Below are positions 11,251 to 21,730 of a stretch of 64,000 nt of DNA, piece after piece. A model generated the notes under the pieces. That model saw only the letters and a program-made list of their open reading frames with translations. It ran no database searches and was not told the origin of the DNA. How positions within the stretch are numbered: the stretch's first letter is position 1; each line of letters begins with the position of its first letter. Both the position numbers and the translations under genes were made by a program. The stretch covers positions 32,466 through 96,465 of the forward strand of contig CAVOQX010000004.1 of the NCBI GenBank assembly GCA_963698475.1, read 5' to 3'. The DNA is from an uncultured Gammaproteobacteria bacterium. GTDB taxonomy: Bacteria > Pseudomonadota > Gammaproteobacteria > Xanthomonadales > Xanthomonadaceae.

Positions 11251-12346
11251 TCAGGCCTGGCGCTGGCCACCGGCGCGCTTGGCCGAATACAACGCAAGAT
11301 CCGCGGCTTTCAGCAGGTCTTCCGGCAACTGCATCGCGTCCTGCAACTCCGCCGTGCCGATGCTGATGGCGCCGCTCCAGTATTCGTCGCCGTCCGCGTT
11401 GCGGTATGGCTTGATCTCTGCCAGCAGTTTGTTGGCCACCAGCCGTGCGCCCTGGACGTTGCTGCGCGGGCAAATCACCAGGAATTCGTCGCCACCCAGC
11501 CGACACACGATGTCGCTGGTGCGCACCGCGCGCCGGAGCTGCTGGGCCAGTTCACGCAGCAGATTGTCGCCCTCGGCATGGCCCCATGTGTCGTTGACTT
11601 GCTTGAACTTGTCGGCATCGACCATCAGCACGGCCAGCGGGCTGCCGTCGCTGCGTGCTTCCTGCCAAAGCTCGCGCATTGCCGTGACCGCGAATCGCCG
11701 GTTGGGCAGACCGGTCAGGTCGTCGTTGACCGCCAGCAGCTCAAGTTGCTGGTTCACCCGGTTCAGCTCTTCCGTGCGCTCCAGTACCCGCGCTTCCAGC
11801 TCCGCGTTCGCGGCACGCAGCTCGCGGTTGCGCTGCGAGACGACGTGCAACATGACGCTCAGCGCATCCAGCAGTGGGTCGCTGAGGTTGCCCCTGCGCG
11901 ACTGCTCGGCGTCGTATGCCTCTGCCGCGGAAGCGCCATTGCTGAAGCGACTGCAACTGCCGGGCCATGCTCTGGTCGATGCCGAGGATGTGGTGCGCCA
12001 GCCAGGACACCAGATATTTCAGGTTGGCCTGCAGCGTCTCCTCCGACAGATCCGGGCCCAGGCTGCCCATCTCCTCGATGAAGGACTGGTGTTGAGCCTT
12101 GTGGGCATCGATGAAACGCGAGTCCAGGCCCGCCTGCTGCATCAGCAGCTCTTCGTCGGTGAAGTGGACGCGCGCGTAGTCCGCCAGTGCTTCGCGAGTT
12201 TCGGTGAGCTCGGCATTGCCGTCGTTGCCGGCGTCAAACGCGCAGGCGGCCAGGTTGTTGATCAAATCCACGAGGCGGTGGTGCTGGGCATCCACGCTGT
12301 CGATGCCGGTCAGGAAGACATCGTTCCAGTTGAACAGGCGAACCAT
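11251..12346 (-). pseudogene. Bacteriohemerythrin-GGDEF diguanylate cyclase with apparent frameshift
   Basis: Hemerythrin-like N-terminus (MVRLFNWNDVFLTGIDSVDAQHHRLV, ATG 12346) in frame of ORF 11741..12748; GGDEF domain (RLGGDEFLVI) in ORF 11251..11853; 1096 nt is not a multiple of 3; junction ~11935-11945. Confidence 0.6.
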
Positions 12347-12596
12347 GATGCTCCGTTCCTTGCACGCGGGATGCCGCCATCCTAGATCAAAGCAGCCGTC
12401 GACCGCGACCATGCCAGGCCACGCTACCTGCAATGCGCGCTGGGGCACGCCTCGCCGGCTCGGTTGAGCACCGCGCACGGCATTCGCGCCAAATCGGGTA
12501 CGCCATGACTTTCGGGGCTGCCGCGCGGCGCCCGCTGCATCGATGATCGCGGGTACTGCAGGCCATTGGCGCCCGCCCCATGCCCGAGGACATTCC

Positions 12597-15263
12597 ATGC
12601 GTCGCAACCTGACGACCGCTGCAATCGTGTTGGCCCTGTGTGGCGCCGCGCCGGGATTGCGCGCGCAGACGCCGGTGCAGGTCTCGCGCGCGGCGACGCC
12701 ACCGGCGCTGCAGGCCACGACCCAGTTGCCGCGCAACACCAGGCCCACCCATTACGCGATCGAGGTCACCCCGCACGCGGGCAAGATGGCCTTCGACGGC
12801 AAGGTCAGGATCGACCTGGAGGTGCTGGAACCGACCTCGACCATCGTGCTGCAGGCGGTCAACCTGACGTTCGCCAACAGCCTGCTCACCAGCCGCGCCG
12901 GCCAGCGCCTGCTGCCGAAAGTAAGCATCGATGCCGGCAACCAGACCGTGACGTTCGCCTTCGAGGCGCCGCTGGCCGCGGGCGACTACGTGCTGGCCAC
13001 CGACTACGCCGGCGTCATCAACACCCAGGCCAATGGCCTGTTCGCGATCGACTACGACAGCGAGGCGGGCAAGCGGCGCGCGCTCTACACCCAGTTCGAG
13101 AACTCCGATGCGCGCAAGTTCGTGCCGTCGTGGGACGAGCCGAACTTCAAGGCGACCTTCGACCTCGCCGTCAATGCACCGGCTGGGCAGATGGTGGTCA
13201 GCAACATGCCCATCGCCTCCAGCAAGGACGGCGGCAACGGCCTGCAGCGGGTGGTGTTCCAGACCTCGCCGAAGATGTCGACGTACCTGCTGTTCCTCGG
13301 CATGGGCGAGTTCGAGCGCGCCACCGACGTGGTGGACGGCACCGAGATCGGTGTGGTCACCCTGAAGGGGAAAACCGGGCAGGCCGCGGGCGCGCTCGAG
13401 GCCTCGCGGGTGGCGTTGCGGGAGTTCAACGACTATTTCGGGGTGAAGTATCCGCTGCCCAAGCTGGACAACATCGCCGCGCCCGGGAGCAGCCAGTTCT
13501 TCGGCGCGATGGAAAACTGGGGCGCGATCTTCACCTTCGAATTCGTGCTGCTGGTCGACCCGAAGGTGTCGACCATCGGCAACGTGCAGAACATCTTTTC
13601 GACCGCCACGCACGAGATCGCGCACCAGTGGTTCGGCAACCTGGTGACCATGAGCTGGTGGGACGACCTGTGGCTGAACGAAGGGTTCGCGACCTGGATG
13701 GCCGCGCGCACCACCGAGAAATTCCATCCGGAATGGAATACCAGGCTCGACGCGGTCGGCGGCCGCGAAGCCGCGATGGGTCGCGATGCGGTCGCCACCA
13801 CCCATCCGGTGGTGCAGAAGATCGACACCGTGGAACAGGCCAGCCAGGCCTTTGACGCCATCACCTATTCAAAGGGCGGTGCAGTCATCCGCATGCTGGA
13901 GGGGTACGTGGGCGAGGACGCGTGGCGCGAGGGCGTGCGCGCTTACATGCAGAAGCACGCCTACGGCAACACCGTGTCCGACGACCTGTGGACCGCGGTG
14001 CAGGCGGCGGCCGGCAAGCCGATCCTCGACATCGCCCACGATTTCACCCTGCAGCCCGGGGTGCCGCTGATCAGGGTCGATTCCGCCACCTGCAGCGCTG
14101 GCAAGACCACCTTGCAGCTCACCCAGGGCGAGTTCACCAAGGATCGCCCGGACAAGACGCCGTTGCGCTGGCGGGTGCCGGTGGTGGCGCAGGCAGTCGG
14201 TGGTGCGCGCGTGGATACCGTTGTCGAGGGCGGCAAGGGTTCGCTGGTGGTGCCCGGCTGTGGCGCGGTGGTGGTGAATGCCGGCCAGAGCGGCTACTAC
14301 CGCACGCTGTACGGTGCCGACCAGTTCGCGGCGATCGGCAACGGGTTCGCGACGCTGCCCACGATCGACCAGCTGGGGATCATGAACGACACCTGGGCAT
14401 TGGGCATGGGTGGCCTGCGGCTTGCGTCCGACTATCTCGATCTGGCCAGGGCGCTGCCGGCCGATGCCGATCCGGCGCTGTGGGCGGATGTTGCCGGCAG
14501 CCTGTCGACGCTCGACGACTACTACGGCAACGACGGCAAGCGCCAGGCGCGTTTCCGCGCGTTCGCGCAGTCGATGCTGCGCCCGGTGTTCGCCCGGATT
14601 GGCTGGACCGAGAAGGCCAACGACTCAGCGCCGGTGCAATTGCTGCGCACCCAGCTGATCGGCACCCTGGCCGGTCTCGGCGACCAGGCGGTGATCGCCG
14701 AGGCACGCCGCCGCTTCGCCGCCGGCGCCGACGACACCACCGCGATGCCCGCGGCGCTGCGCAGCACCATCACCGGGATCGTCGCCTACAACGCGGACGC
14801 CGCCACCTGGGACACGCTGCACGCGATGGCCAGGGCGGAGAAGACGCCGATCATCAAGGACCAGCTGTACGGCATGCTGTCGATCGCCAAGGACAAGGCG
14901 CTGGCGCAGCGCGCGCTGGACCTCGCCCTGACCGACGAGCCCGGGGCCACCAACAGCGCCGGCATGATCGGCGCGGTGTCCGGTTCGCATCCGGACCTGG
15001 CCTTCGCCTTCGCCCTCGCGCATCGCGAGCAGGTCGACACCCTGGTCGATTCCACCTCGCGCGCGCGCTACTACCCGGGCATCGGTGGCGGCTCCTCGGA
15101 CCCGGCGATGATCGGCAGGCTGCGCGCCTATGCCGACAAGTACATCGCCCCCGGTTCGCGCAACGCCACCGAGACCGCCATCGCCGGCATCGAGTACCGG
15201 ATCAGGGTGCGCGAGCAACGGTTGCCGGCGATCGACGCCTGGCTGCAGCAGCACGGCGGCTGA
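12597..15263 (+). CDS. pepN: Aminopeptidase N (M1 family), secreted
   Basis: ATG 12597 (MRRNLTTAAIVLALCGAAPGLRAQ signal peptide); GAMENWG and HEIAHQWFGNLVTMSWWDDLWLNEGFA motifs. Confidence 0.9.
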   Translation: MRRNLTTAAIVLALCGAAPGLRAQTPVQVSRAATPPALQATTQLPRNTRPTHYAIEVTPHAGKMAFDGKVRIDLEVLEPTSTIVLQAVNLTFANSLLTSRAGQRLLPKVSIDAGNQTVTFAFEAPLAAGDYVLATDYAGVINTQANGLFAIDYDSEAGKRRALYTQFENSDARKFVPSWDEPNFKATFDLAVNAPAGQMVVSNMPIASSKDGGNGLQRVVFQTSPKMSTYLLFLGMGEFERATDVVDGTEIGVVTLKGKTGQAAGALEASRVALREFNDYFGVKYPLPKLDNIAAPGSSQFFGAMENWGAIFTFEFVLLVDPKVSTIGNVQNIFSTATHEIAHQWFGNLVTMSWWDDLWLNEGFATWMAARTTEKFHPEWNTRLDAVGGREAAMGRDAVATTHPVVQKIDTVEQASQAFDAITYSKGGAVIRMLEGYVGEDAWREGVRAYMQKHAYGNTVSDDLWTAVQAAAGKPILDIAHDFTLQPGVPLIRVDSATCSAGKTTLQLTQGEFTKDRPDKTPLRWRVPVVAQAVGGARVDTVVEGGKGSLVVPGCGAVVVNAGQSGYYRTLYGADQFAAIGNGFATLPTIDQLGIMNDTWALGMGGLRLASDYLDLARALPADADPALWADVAGSLSTLDDYYGNDGKRQARFRAFAQSMLRPVFARIGWTEKANDSAPVQLLRTQLIGTLAGLGDQAVIAEARRRFAAGADDTTAMPAALRSTITGIVAYNADAATWDTLHAMARAEKTPIIKDQLYGMLSIAKDKALAQRALDLALTDEPGATNSAGMIGAVSGSHPDLAFAFALAHREQVDTLVDSTSRARYYPGIGGGSSDPAMIGRLRAYADKYIAPGSRNATETAIAGIEYRIRVREQRLPAIDAWLQQHGG

Positions 15264-15277
15264 TCCGGGCCGGATCC

Positions 15278-15316
15278 GAAAAAGCGAAGGCCCCGCAATG
15301 CGGGGCCTCCGTTTGT
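15278..15316. terminator. Bidirectional rho-independent terminator between pepN and TonB receptor gene
   Basis: GGCCCCGC-aat-GCGGGGCC stem (15289-15307) flanked by A-run upstream and T-rich run downstream. Confidence 0.7.
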
Positions 15317-15338
15317 GCGGGGCGGATCGACTGCGTGC

Positions 15339-18272
15339 TTACCAGAAGCTGTATTCCACCAGCAGGGTGTAGGCGCGCCCGCGCGGATCGGCGATGCGCG
15401 GTTCCCAGCCAGCACCGGAAGCGAAGTCGTTCTGGTGTGCGGTGAACGGCGGGTCACGATCCGCCAGGTTTTTGATACCAAGACCCAGCCTGAGCTTGTC
15501 GATTCCGGTCCAGGTCACGTTGTAGTTCCAGATGCTGTAGGACTCGACGCGCGGCTTCCACTCGGAAGGGATATAACAGCCTGCCCGATTCAGCAGGCAG
15601 GCATCGACGCTGATCGGAAGTTCGTCCTCGTAACCATCCCGATAGATCTGGCTGAGCCCATGTGACCAGTCACCGCGGCTGTAACTGAAGTTCAGGGTGT
15701 GCTTCCAGCGCAATGGGGCCAGGCGGTGCGTGATGTTCGAGTAGGTTCCGACTTCGTTGCCGCCGTAGGGCAGGGATTGCAGGAACTTGGTGCGGTACAT
15801 CGTGATCAAGCTGCCATTGAGGTTGATCTTGAACTCGCCACCGGCCATGTCGGTCGTGAAGTTCGCGTCCATTTCGACGCCGCGCGTGAGGCTGCCACCG
15901 GAATTGATGAAGCGGCGGTCGATCGCCACCACTTCGCCGCTGGCATCGCGAATCCAGTTGTCCTTGAACAGATCGTAGTAGGTGACAAGCACCGTGCGAT
16001 CAGCGGGACGGATGGTGCTGTCGCGTTCCACTTCCCACCAGTCAAGCGCAATGTTGAACCACTGCATGGGCGAGTAGACCAAGCCGAAGCTCTTTTGCGT
16101 GGCAGTTTCAGGTTGCAGATCCGGCTTGCCGCCGAACAGCTCATCCGGCCGGATCACCTCGCAGCCAGGGATGGCCGCATTGGCGCGACCGCCCGGGCAC
16201 GTTGCCGGGTCGGCGAGATCCAGGCCGACATATTGCTGCGCGCTGATGCCACGGAACAGTTGGGCGAAGGTGGGTACCTTGAAGCCGGTGCTGTACGCGC
16301 CGCGGAACAGCAGCGATTCGAATGGCTGGTACTTGAACGAATACTTGGGATTGGTGGTGCTGCCAAAGCCGCTGTAGCGGTCATGGCGCGCGGCTACGTT
16401 CACGTCGAAATTCTTGAACACGGGCAGCTGGAACTCGACGTAGACCGCCTTTATGTCGCGGCTGACATCGTTGATCGCGTTGGTGTCATCGAATGGTGCC
16501 TGGAAGATGGCGCGCTTGTCAGCACGCTGGTCACCCTGCAGCCGGTACTCTTCGCGCCGCAGATCGAAGCCCGTGGCCATGGCGATGGCACCACCCGGCA
16601 GACCAAACCACGGCAGGTCGCCGGAGATCGAGCCGTCCAGAGTTGTCACTTGAGTCTCGCCGGTGTACAGCTCCACGCCCTCGGCGGAGCCGGCTTGCAG
16701 CGCCGCCATGGCCGCAGCGGATTGCTCCTCGCCTGGCATCAGGAACGGATTGAGCAGGCCACTGCCCATCGCCGCCTTCAATGCGTCGGTGTAGATGTAG
16801 CCGGTGCCCAAAACCGTGGTCACCTTGTTCGCGCCGCGTGACAGGGCGAAATCGTAGCTCCAGTCGCCAAGCAGGCCATTGATCCCGGTCAGGAAGCGGT
16901 AGGAATCCGTGGTGGTAGTGAGTTCACGGGGCCCGCAGGCCATGCAGCGCCAGCGGTAGGTGATCGGGGCACCGTACGGCTGCAACTGGTTTGCGCCGAA
17001 GTAACCCGCCATCGCGTTGTAGATCTTGTCGTAGGTGGGTTTGGTGAGAGCGTTGAGGGGATACCAGGTTGATGGCCCCAACGATGTTGCTGCAGTCGAG
17101 GTCGATGAACTTAACTGTTGCGGCTCGAATTCATTGCGCGATTCGACCTTGGAGGCCGTCAGCTCGACATAGGCTTCGTGTGCTTCTCCGATGCGGAACG
17201 AGGCACGGCCGATGAAGTCGGCACTTTCCACCGGCTGCTGGATCACGCCGGCACCTGCATAGTCCCAAGCACAGGCAAAGCGCGCCGCGGGGAAGTCCCA
17301 GAGTTGGTGGTCGTAGGCAAACATATTGTCGCCGCCACTCTCGCAGCCGCCGCCCCCGGGCAGGTCCAGGATACTGATCGAAGTGAGGCGGGTGGTATCG
17401 CCTGGTCGCGCCGGATCCAGCACGCCGGTGCCAAGCAGGGCGGTATTGCCGACACCACCTCCCGGGCGCACCAAAGTAGCGAACGGTGCGCCGCGCGTGT
17501 CCTGCACCAGGCCGCGCGCCGGCTGATTGCCGTTGGAGAAATCACGATCATGACCACGCAGAATCGTATTGCGCTTGAAGCTCAAGCTGCCGAATGCATT
17601 CCAGCCATCGGCATCCAGGTTGCCGGCACCGAACAGCAGGTTTCCGCGATAAATGTTGGCTCCGCCGGCTTCGGTCACATCGGTAAACGCCGAGGCTTGC
17701 AGGCCACGGTAGTCGGAGCGGGTGATGAAATTGATCACGCCGCCGATGGCATCCGTGCCGTATATCGCGGAGGCACCGTCACGCAAGATTTCAACCCGCT
17801 CGATGGCAGCGAACGGAATGGAGTTGAGATCCACGGTCTTGCCGGCCAGGCCGTGTGTGGCCACGCGCCTGCCATTGAGCAGAACCAGCGTCGCATCGGC
17901 CCCTTGGCTGCGCAGGTTGGCGCCAGACACACCGCGGCTGCTGCGCAATTCGTCGCCGCCGCCGAGGCCCACATTCGCGGCCAGGTTGTCCGCGCCGTTG
18001 CCGGCCACGTTGAGGTTGAGCAAAAGCTGTTCGGCCGAGGTGATGCCGGCCGCGTCGATCTGCGCCTTGGTGATCGAAGTGATCGGCAAGGCTTCTTCGA
18101 TCTCGACGCGCCGGATGCGCGAACCGGTCACAGTCATCCGGTCAAGGGTCTTGACCGATTTCCCGGAGGCCTCCGCTTGCTCGGTGGTTTGCTGCGCGAA
18201 CGCCGGCAGGGCGATCGCGGCGAGCAGGGCAATGGTCAGGCGGTGGACGTTTGGAACGGCGCGCACGTGCAT
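15339..18272 (-). CDS. TonB-dependent outer-membrane receptor
   Basis: ORF 15339..18272; signal peptide, TonB-box/plug region (LDRMTVTGSRIRR), C-terminal ..LLVEYSFW. Confidence 0.9.
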   Translation of the reverse strand: MHVRAVPNVHRLTIALLAAIALPAFAQQTTEQAEASGKSVKTLDRMTVTGSRIRRVEIEEALPITSITKAQIDAAGITSAEQLLLNLNVAGNGADNLAANVGLGGGDELRSSRGVSGANLRSQGADATLVLLNGRRVATHGLAGKTVDLNSIPFAAIERVEILRDGASAIYGTDAIGGVINFITRSDYRGLQASAFTDVTEAGGANIYRGNLLFGAGNLDADGWNAFGSLSFKRNTILRGHDRDFSNGNQPARGLVQDTRGAPFATLVRPGGGVGNTALLGTGVLDPARPGDTTRLTSISILDLPGGGGCESGGDNMFAYDHQLWDFPAARFACAWDYAGAGVIQQPVESADFIGRASFRIGEAHEAYVELTASKVESRNEFEPQQLSSSTSTAATSLGPSTWYPLNALTKPTYDKIYNAMAGYFGANQLQPYGAPITYRWRCMACGPRELTTTTDSYRFLTGINGLLGDWSYDFALSRGANKVTTVLGTGYIYTDALKAAMGSGLLNPFLMPGEEQSAAAMAALQAGSAEGVELYTGETQVTTLDGSISGDLPWFGLPGGAIAMATGFDLRREEYRLQGDQRADKRAIFQAPFDDTNAINDVSRDIKAVYVEFQLPVFKNFDVNVAARHDRYSGFGSTTNPKYSFKYQPFESLLFRGAYSTGFKVPTFAQLFRGISAQQYVGLDLADPATCPGGRANAAIPGCEVIRPDELFGGKPDLQPETATQKSFGLVYSPMQWFNIALDWWEVERDSTIRPADRTVLVTYYDLFKDNWIRDASGEVVAIDRRFINSGGSLTRGVEMDANFTTDMAGGEFKINLNGSLITMYRTKFLQSLPYGGNEVGTYSNITHRLAPLRWKHTLNFSYSRGDWSHGLSQIYRDGYEDELPISVDACLLNRAGCYIPSEWKPRVESYSIWNYNVTWTGIDKLRLGLGIKNLADRDPPFTAHQNDFASGAGWEPRIADPRGRAYTLLVEYSFW

Positions 18273-18425
18273 CAGGCTTTCTCCCCGGGAATTGACTGGA
18301 CCGGGTGTCCCTGCCGGGCTTGCTTGCCATCCATGGTCGTGGACGTCCCCCTCCCGGGGCCGTCCTGCAGGGTCACCGCGTCACCGGACTGTAACGTGTC
18401 CGGTGGGCGGTGTCTGCGGCCGGGA

Positions 18426-21359
18426 TCAGATCGCCATCGGTTCGCTGAAGGCTTCCGGCTCGTCCTTGAAATCACCGATCGGCACGCAGCTGCACATCAC
18501 GTTCTTGTCGCCGTAGACGTTGTCCACGCGCGCCACCGGCGGCCAGTATTTCTGCTGGCGCAAGCTGGCCAGCGGGAACACCGCCAGTTCCCGGCTGTAC
18601 GCACGCTTCCACTCGGCAGCCGCCGCCTGGGTCGCGGTGTGCGGGGCATGTTTGAGCGGGTTGTCCTCGCGATCCAGTTCGCCGCGCTCGACCATGCGGA
18701 TCTCGTCGCGGATCTGGATCATGGCGTCGATGAAGCGGTCGAGTTCATGCAGGGATTCGGACTCGGTCGGCTCCACCATCAGCGTGCCCGCGACCGGGAA
18801 GCTCAGGGTCGGCGCATGGAAGCCGAAATCGATCAGGCGCTTGGCGACGTCTTCGGCGCTGATGCCGCTGATCTTTTCCAGCGGGCGAAGGTCGAGGATG
18901 CACTCGTGCGCCACCAGTCCATTGCGGCCGGTGTAAAGCGTCGGATAGTGCGGGGCCAGCCGCCTGGCGACGTAGTTGGCATTGAGCATCGCGACCTGGG
19001 TGGCCTTGCGCAGGCCGGTCGCGCCCATCAGGGTGATGTACATCCAGCTGATCGGCAGGATCGACGCCGAGCCATACGTCGCGGCGCTCACCATGTTGCC
19101 GGCGCCCACGCCCTCGGTGGCAAAGGTGCCGGGCGTGATCGCCTTCGGCAGGAACGGCGCCAGGTGCGCCTTGACCGCGCACGGGCCAACGCCCGGGCCG
19201 CCACCGCCATGCGGAATGCAGAAGGTCTTGTGCAGGTTGAGGTGGGACACGTCCGAACCCCATTTGCCCGGCTTGGCCACGCCGACCAGTGCGTTCATGT
19301 TCGCGCCATCGGTATAAACCTGCCCGCCGTGCTGGTGCACGATCTCGCAAATCTCGACCACGTCCTCCTCGAACACACCATGGGTCGACGGGTAGGTGAT
19401 CATGATCGCCGCCAGCCGGTCGCTGTATTTCTCGGCGTTGCGGCGGATGTCCTCGACGTCCACGTTGCCGTTGGCGTCGCACTTGGTCACCACGACTTTC
19501 ATCCCGCACATCTGGGCCGATGCCGGGTTGGTGCCGTGTGCCGACTCCGGGATCAGGCAGATGTCGCGCTGGGCCTGCTCGCGCGACGCGTGGTAGGCGC
19601 GGATCGCCAGCAGGCCGGTGTATTCGCCCTGCGCGCCGGAGTTGGGCTGCAGGCTGACCGCGTCATAGCCGGTGCATTCCACCAGCATGGCTTCCAGCCC
19701 TTCGATCAATTCCTTGTAACCCTGCACTTGCGCGGCAGGTGCGAAGGGATGGATGTTGCCGAATTCCGGCCAGGTCACCGGGATCATCTCGGCGGTGGCG
19801 TTGAGCTTCATCGTGCAGCTGCCCAGCGGGATCATGGTGCGATCCATCGCCAGGTCCTTGTCCGACAGCGCACGCATGTAGCGCAGCAGTTCGTGCTCGC
19901 TGTGGTGGGTGTTGAACACCGGATGGGTGAGGAAATCGCTGGTGCGTGCCAACGCGTCCGGAATCAGCGAGGGTGCGCTCGCATCCAGGGCATCGATGGA
20001 CGGCAGCGCGCCATCGTCGGTCGAGAAGATGCGCCACAGCAGTTCCAGGTCGGCACGCGTGGTGGTTTCGTCCAGCGAAATGCAGATCGAGCCATTGCCA
20101 CGCAACCGCAGGTTGGCGCGCAGCGCTTGGGCGCGCGCCACGATCGCGGCTGAAGCGCCACCTGCTTCGATGCAGAGGGTATCGAACGCGCTGGCATGCA
20201 CCACCTGGTGGCCGAGATCGCGCAGGCCGGCGGCCAGGATCGCGGTCATCCGCGCAACGCGCTGCGCGATGCGGGTCAGGCCTTGCGGACCGTGGTAGAC
20301 CGCATACATCGCGGCCATCACCGCCAGCAGGACCTGCGCGGTGCAGATGTTGGAGGTCGCCTTCTCGCGGCGGATATGCTGTTCGCGGGTCTGCAGGGTC
20401 AACCGGTAGGCCACCTTGCCCTCGGCATCCAGCGATGCGCCGATCAGGCGGCCCGGCATCGAGCGCTTGTAGGCGTCGCGGCACGCCATGAAGGCCGCAT
20501 GCGGGCCACCAAAGCCGAATGGCACGCCGAAGCGCTGGGTGTTGCCGATCACGATGTCCGCGCCCATCTCGCCCGGCGGCTTGAGCAAGGTCAGCGCGAG
20601 CAGGTCGGTGGCGACCACGAACAGCGCATCGTGCGAATGGATCATGTCGGCATCGCGGTCCCATTCGGCAATCCAGCCGCTCGATGCGGGGTATTGCACC
20701 AGCACGCCGAAGTAGTCGCCCGCAGCGAGTTTCTCGTGGAAGGCGTCGGTGGAACGGACGACTTCGACCACGAGGCCCAATGGTTCGGCGCGGGTGTGGA
20801 GTACTTCCAGGGTCTGCGGGTGGGTGTCGCCGGCCACCAGGAAGGTATTGGACTTCGACTTGGCCGAGCGCTTGGCAAGGGTCATGCCCTCGGCCGCCGC
20901 CGTGGCTTCGTCCAGCAACGACGCACTGGCGATATCCATCGCGGTGAGGTCGGTGATCATGGTCTGGAAGTTGATCAGCGCTTCCATGCGGCCTTGCGAT
21001 ATCTCCGCCTGGTAGGGGGTGTAGGCGGTATACCAAGCCGGGTTTTCCAGGATGTTGCGCAGGATCACGTTCGGGGTGTGGGTGCCGTAGTAGCCCTGGC
21101 CGATGAAGCTGCGGAATACCTGGTTCTTCTGCGCGATGGCGCGGATGCTGGAGAGTGCATCGACTTCGCTGATCGCTTCGGGCATGGCCAGGGGAATGGA
21201 GGATCTGATCGACGCCGGGACGATGGCATCGGTCATGGCTTCCAGCGAGTCCTGGCCGACTACCGCCAGCATCGTTGCGATTTCCGCATCGTTCGGGCCG
21301 ATGTGGCGTTCGATGAAGGCGTCGTGGTGTTCGAGGGCGCGGAGATTGGGCGTCGACAT
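18426..21359 (-). CDS. gcvP: Glycine dehydrogenase (decarboxylating), glycine cleavage P protein
   Basis: ATG 21359 inside ORF 18426..21416; [22 protein letters not shown].. and full-length single-chain P protein similarity. Confidence 0.95.
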   Translation of the reverse strand: MSTPNLRALEHHDAFIERHIGPNDAEIATMLAVVGQDSLEAMTDAIVPASIRSSIPLAMPEAISEVDALSSIRAIAQKNQVFRSFIGQGYYGTHTPNVILRNILENPAWYTAYTPYQAEISQGRMEALINFQTMITDLTAMDIASASLLDEATAAAEGMTLAKRSAKSKSNTFLVAGDTHPQTLEVLHTRAEPLGLVVEVVRSTDAFHEKLAAGDYFGVLVQYPASSGWIAEWDRDADMIHSHDALFVVATDLLALTLLKPPGEMGADIVIGNTQRFGVPFGFGGPHAAFMACRDAYKRSMPGRLIGASLDAEGKVAYRLTLQTREQHIRREKATSNICTAQVLLAVMAAMYAVYHGPQGLTRIAQRVARMTAILAAGLRDLGHQVVHASAFDTLCIEAGGASAAIVARAQALRANLRLRGNGSICISLDETTTRADLELLWRIFSTDDGALPSIDALDASAPSLIPDALARTSDFLTHPVFNTHHSEHELLRYMRALSDKDLAMDRTMIPLGSCTMKLNATAEMIPVTWPEFGNIHPFAPAAQVQGYKELIEGLEAMLVECTGYDAVSLQPNSGAQGEYTGLLAIRAYHASREQAQRDICLIPESAHGTNPASAQMCGMKVVVTKCDANGNVDVEDIRRNAEKYSDRLAAIMITYPSTHGVFEEDVVEICEIVHQHGGQVYTDGANMNALVGVAKPGKWGSDVSHLNLHKTFCIPHGGGGPGVGPCAVKAHLAPFLPKAITPGTFATEGVGAGNMVSAATYGSASILPISWMYITLMGATGLRKATQVAMLNANYVARRLAPHYPTLYTGRNGLVAHECILDLRPLEKISGISAEDVAKRLIDFGFHAPTLSFPVAGTLMVEPTESESLHELDRFIDAMIQIRDEIRMVERGELDREDNPLKHAPHTATQAAAAEWKRAYSRELAVFPLASLRQQKYWPPVARVDNVYGDKNVMCSCVPIGDFKDEPEAFSEPMAI

Positions 21360-21464
21360 GGGGGGCGTCCGGAAGATACGGCGAGGATGGGGGCGTTGCG
21401 GCCCGCCGCGATGCATCGCGGTGGGTGCTTGCAGGGTCGCGGCTGGCGCCGCTCGAAAGCCCTG

Positions 21465-21668
21465 CTCGCCCCTCTGTCCTTTTGCCTGAGAGTTTGGAAG
21501 CGCGCAGGCAGGGGAGGCGAACCTGCAGCGACTTCTTGCCCCTTCGGCGCCGGCATGCGTGTGCTGCCGATCTCTCCAGAGTTGTGGTCACACGGCGGTA
21601 TCGGGCCTGAGCGATTCCGGGCGGTTGCGCCTTCGGCAGTGGCGATGCGCGCCACTTCTCCCACCATG
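21465..21668 (-). promoter_or_regulatory. Tandem glycine riboswitch in gcvP leader
   Basis: - strand reads GGGAGAAG..CUGCCGAAGGCGCAA..CUCAGGCCCGAUACC then CUCUGGAGAG..GCGCCGAAGGGGCAAG..CUCUCAGGCAAAAGGAC, the hallmark blocks of two glycine aptamers. Confidence 0.85.
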
Positions 21669-21730
21669 TGCAGGCGGAATTATAACCGCTAAATGGCCGC
21701 TTCCCCCGGCGGCTTCCGTACCATGCCCGG

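Noticed and set aside
17118-20153. Long antisense ORFs in the core region (17118..20153 +, 4615..7083 +, 1045..2796 +, 19663..21888 -, 12387..13805 -, 923..2515 -, 24306..25247 + and others)
   Set aside because: They have the Arg/Ala/Gly/Pro-dominated composition typical of out-of-frame or antisense reading of ~70% GC genes. Each overlaps a gene with clear family motifs on the other strand or in another frame.
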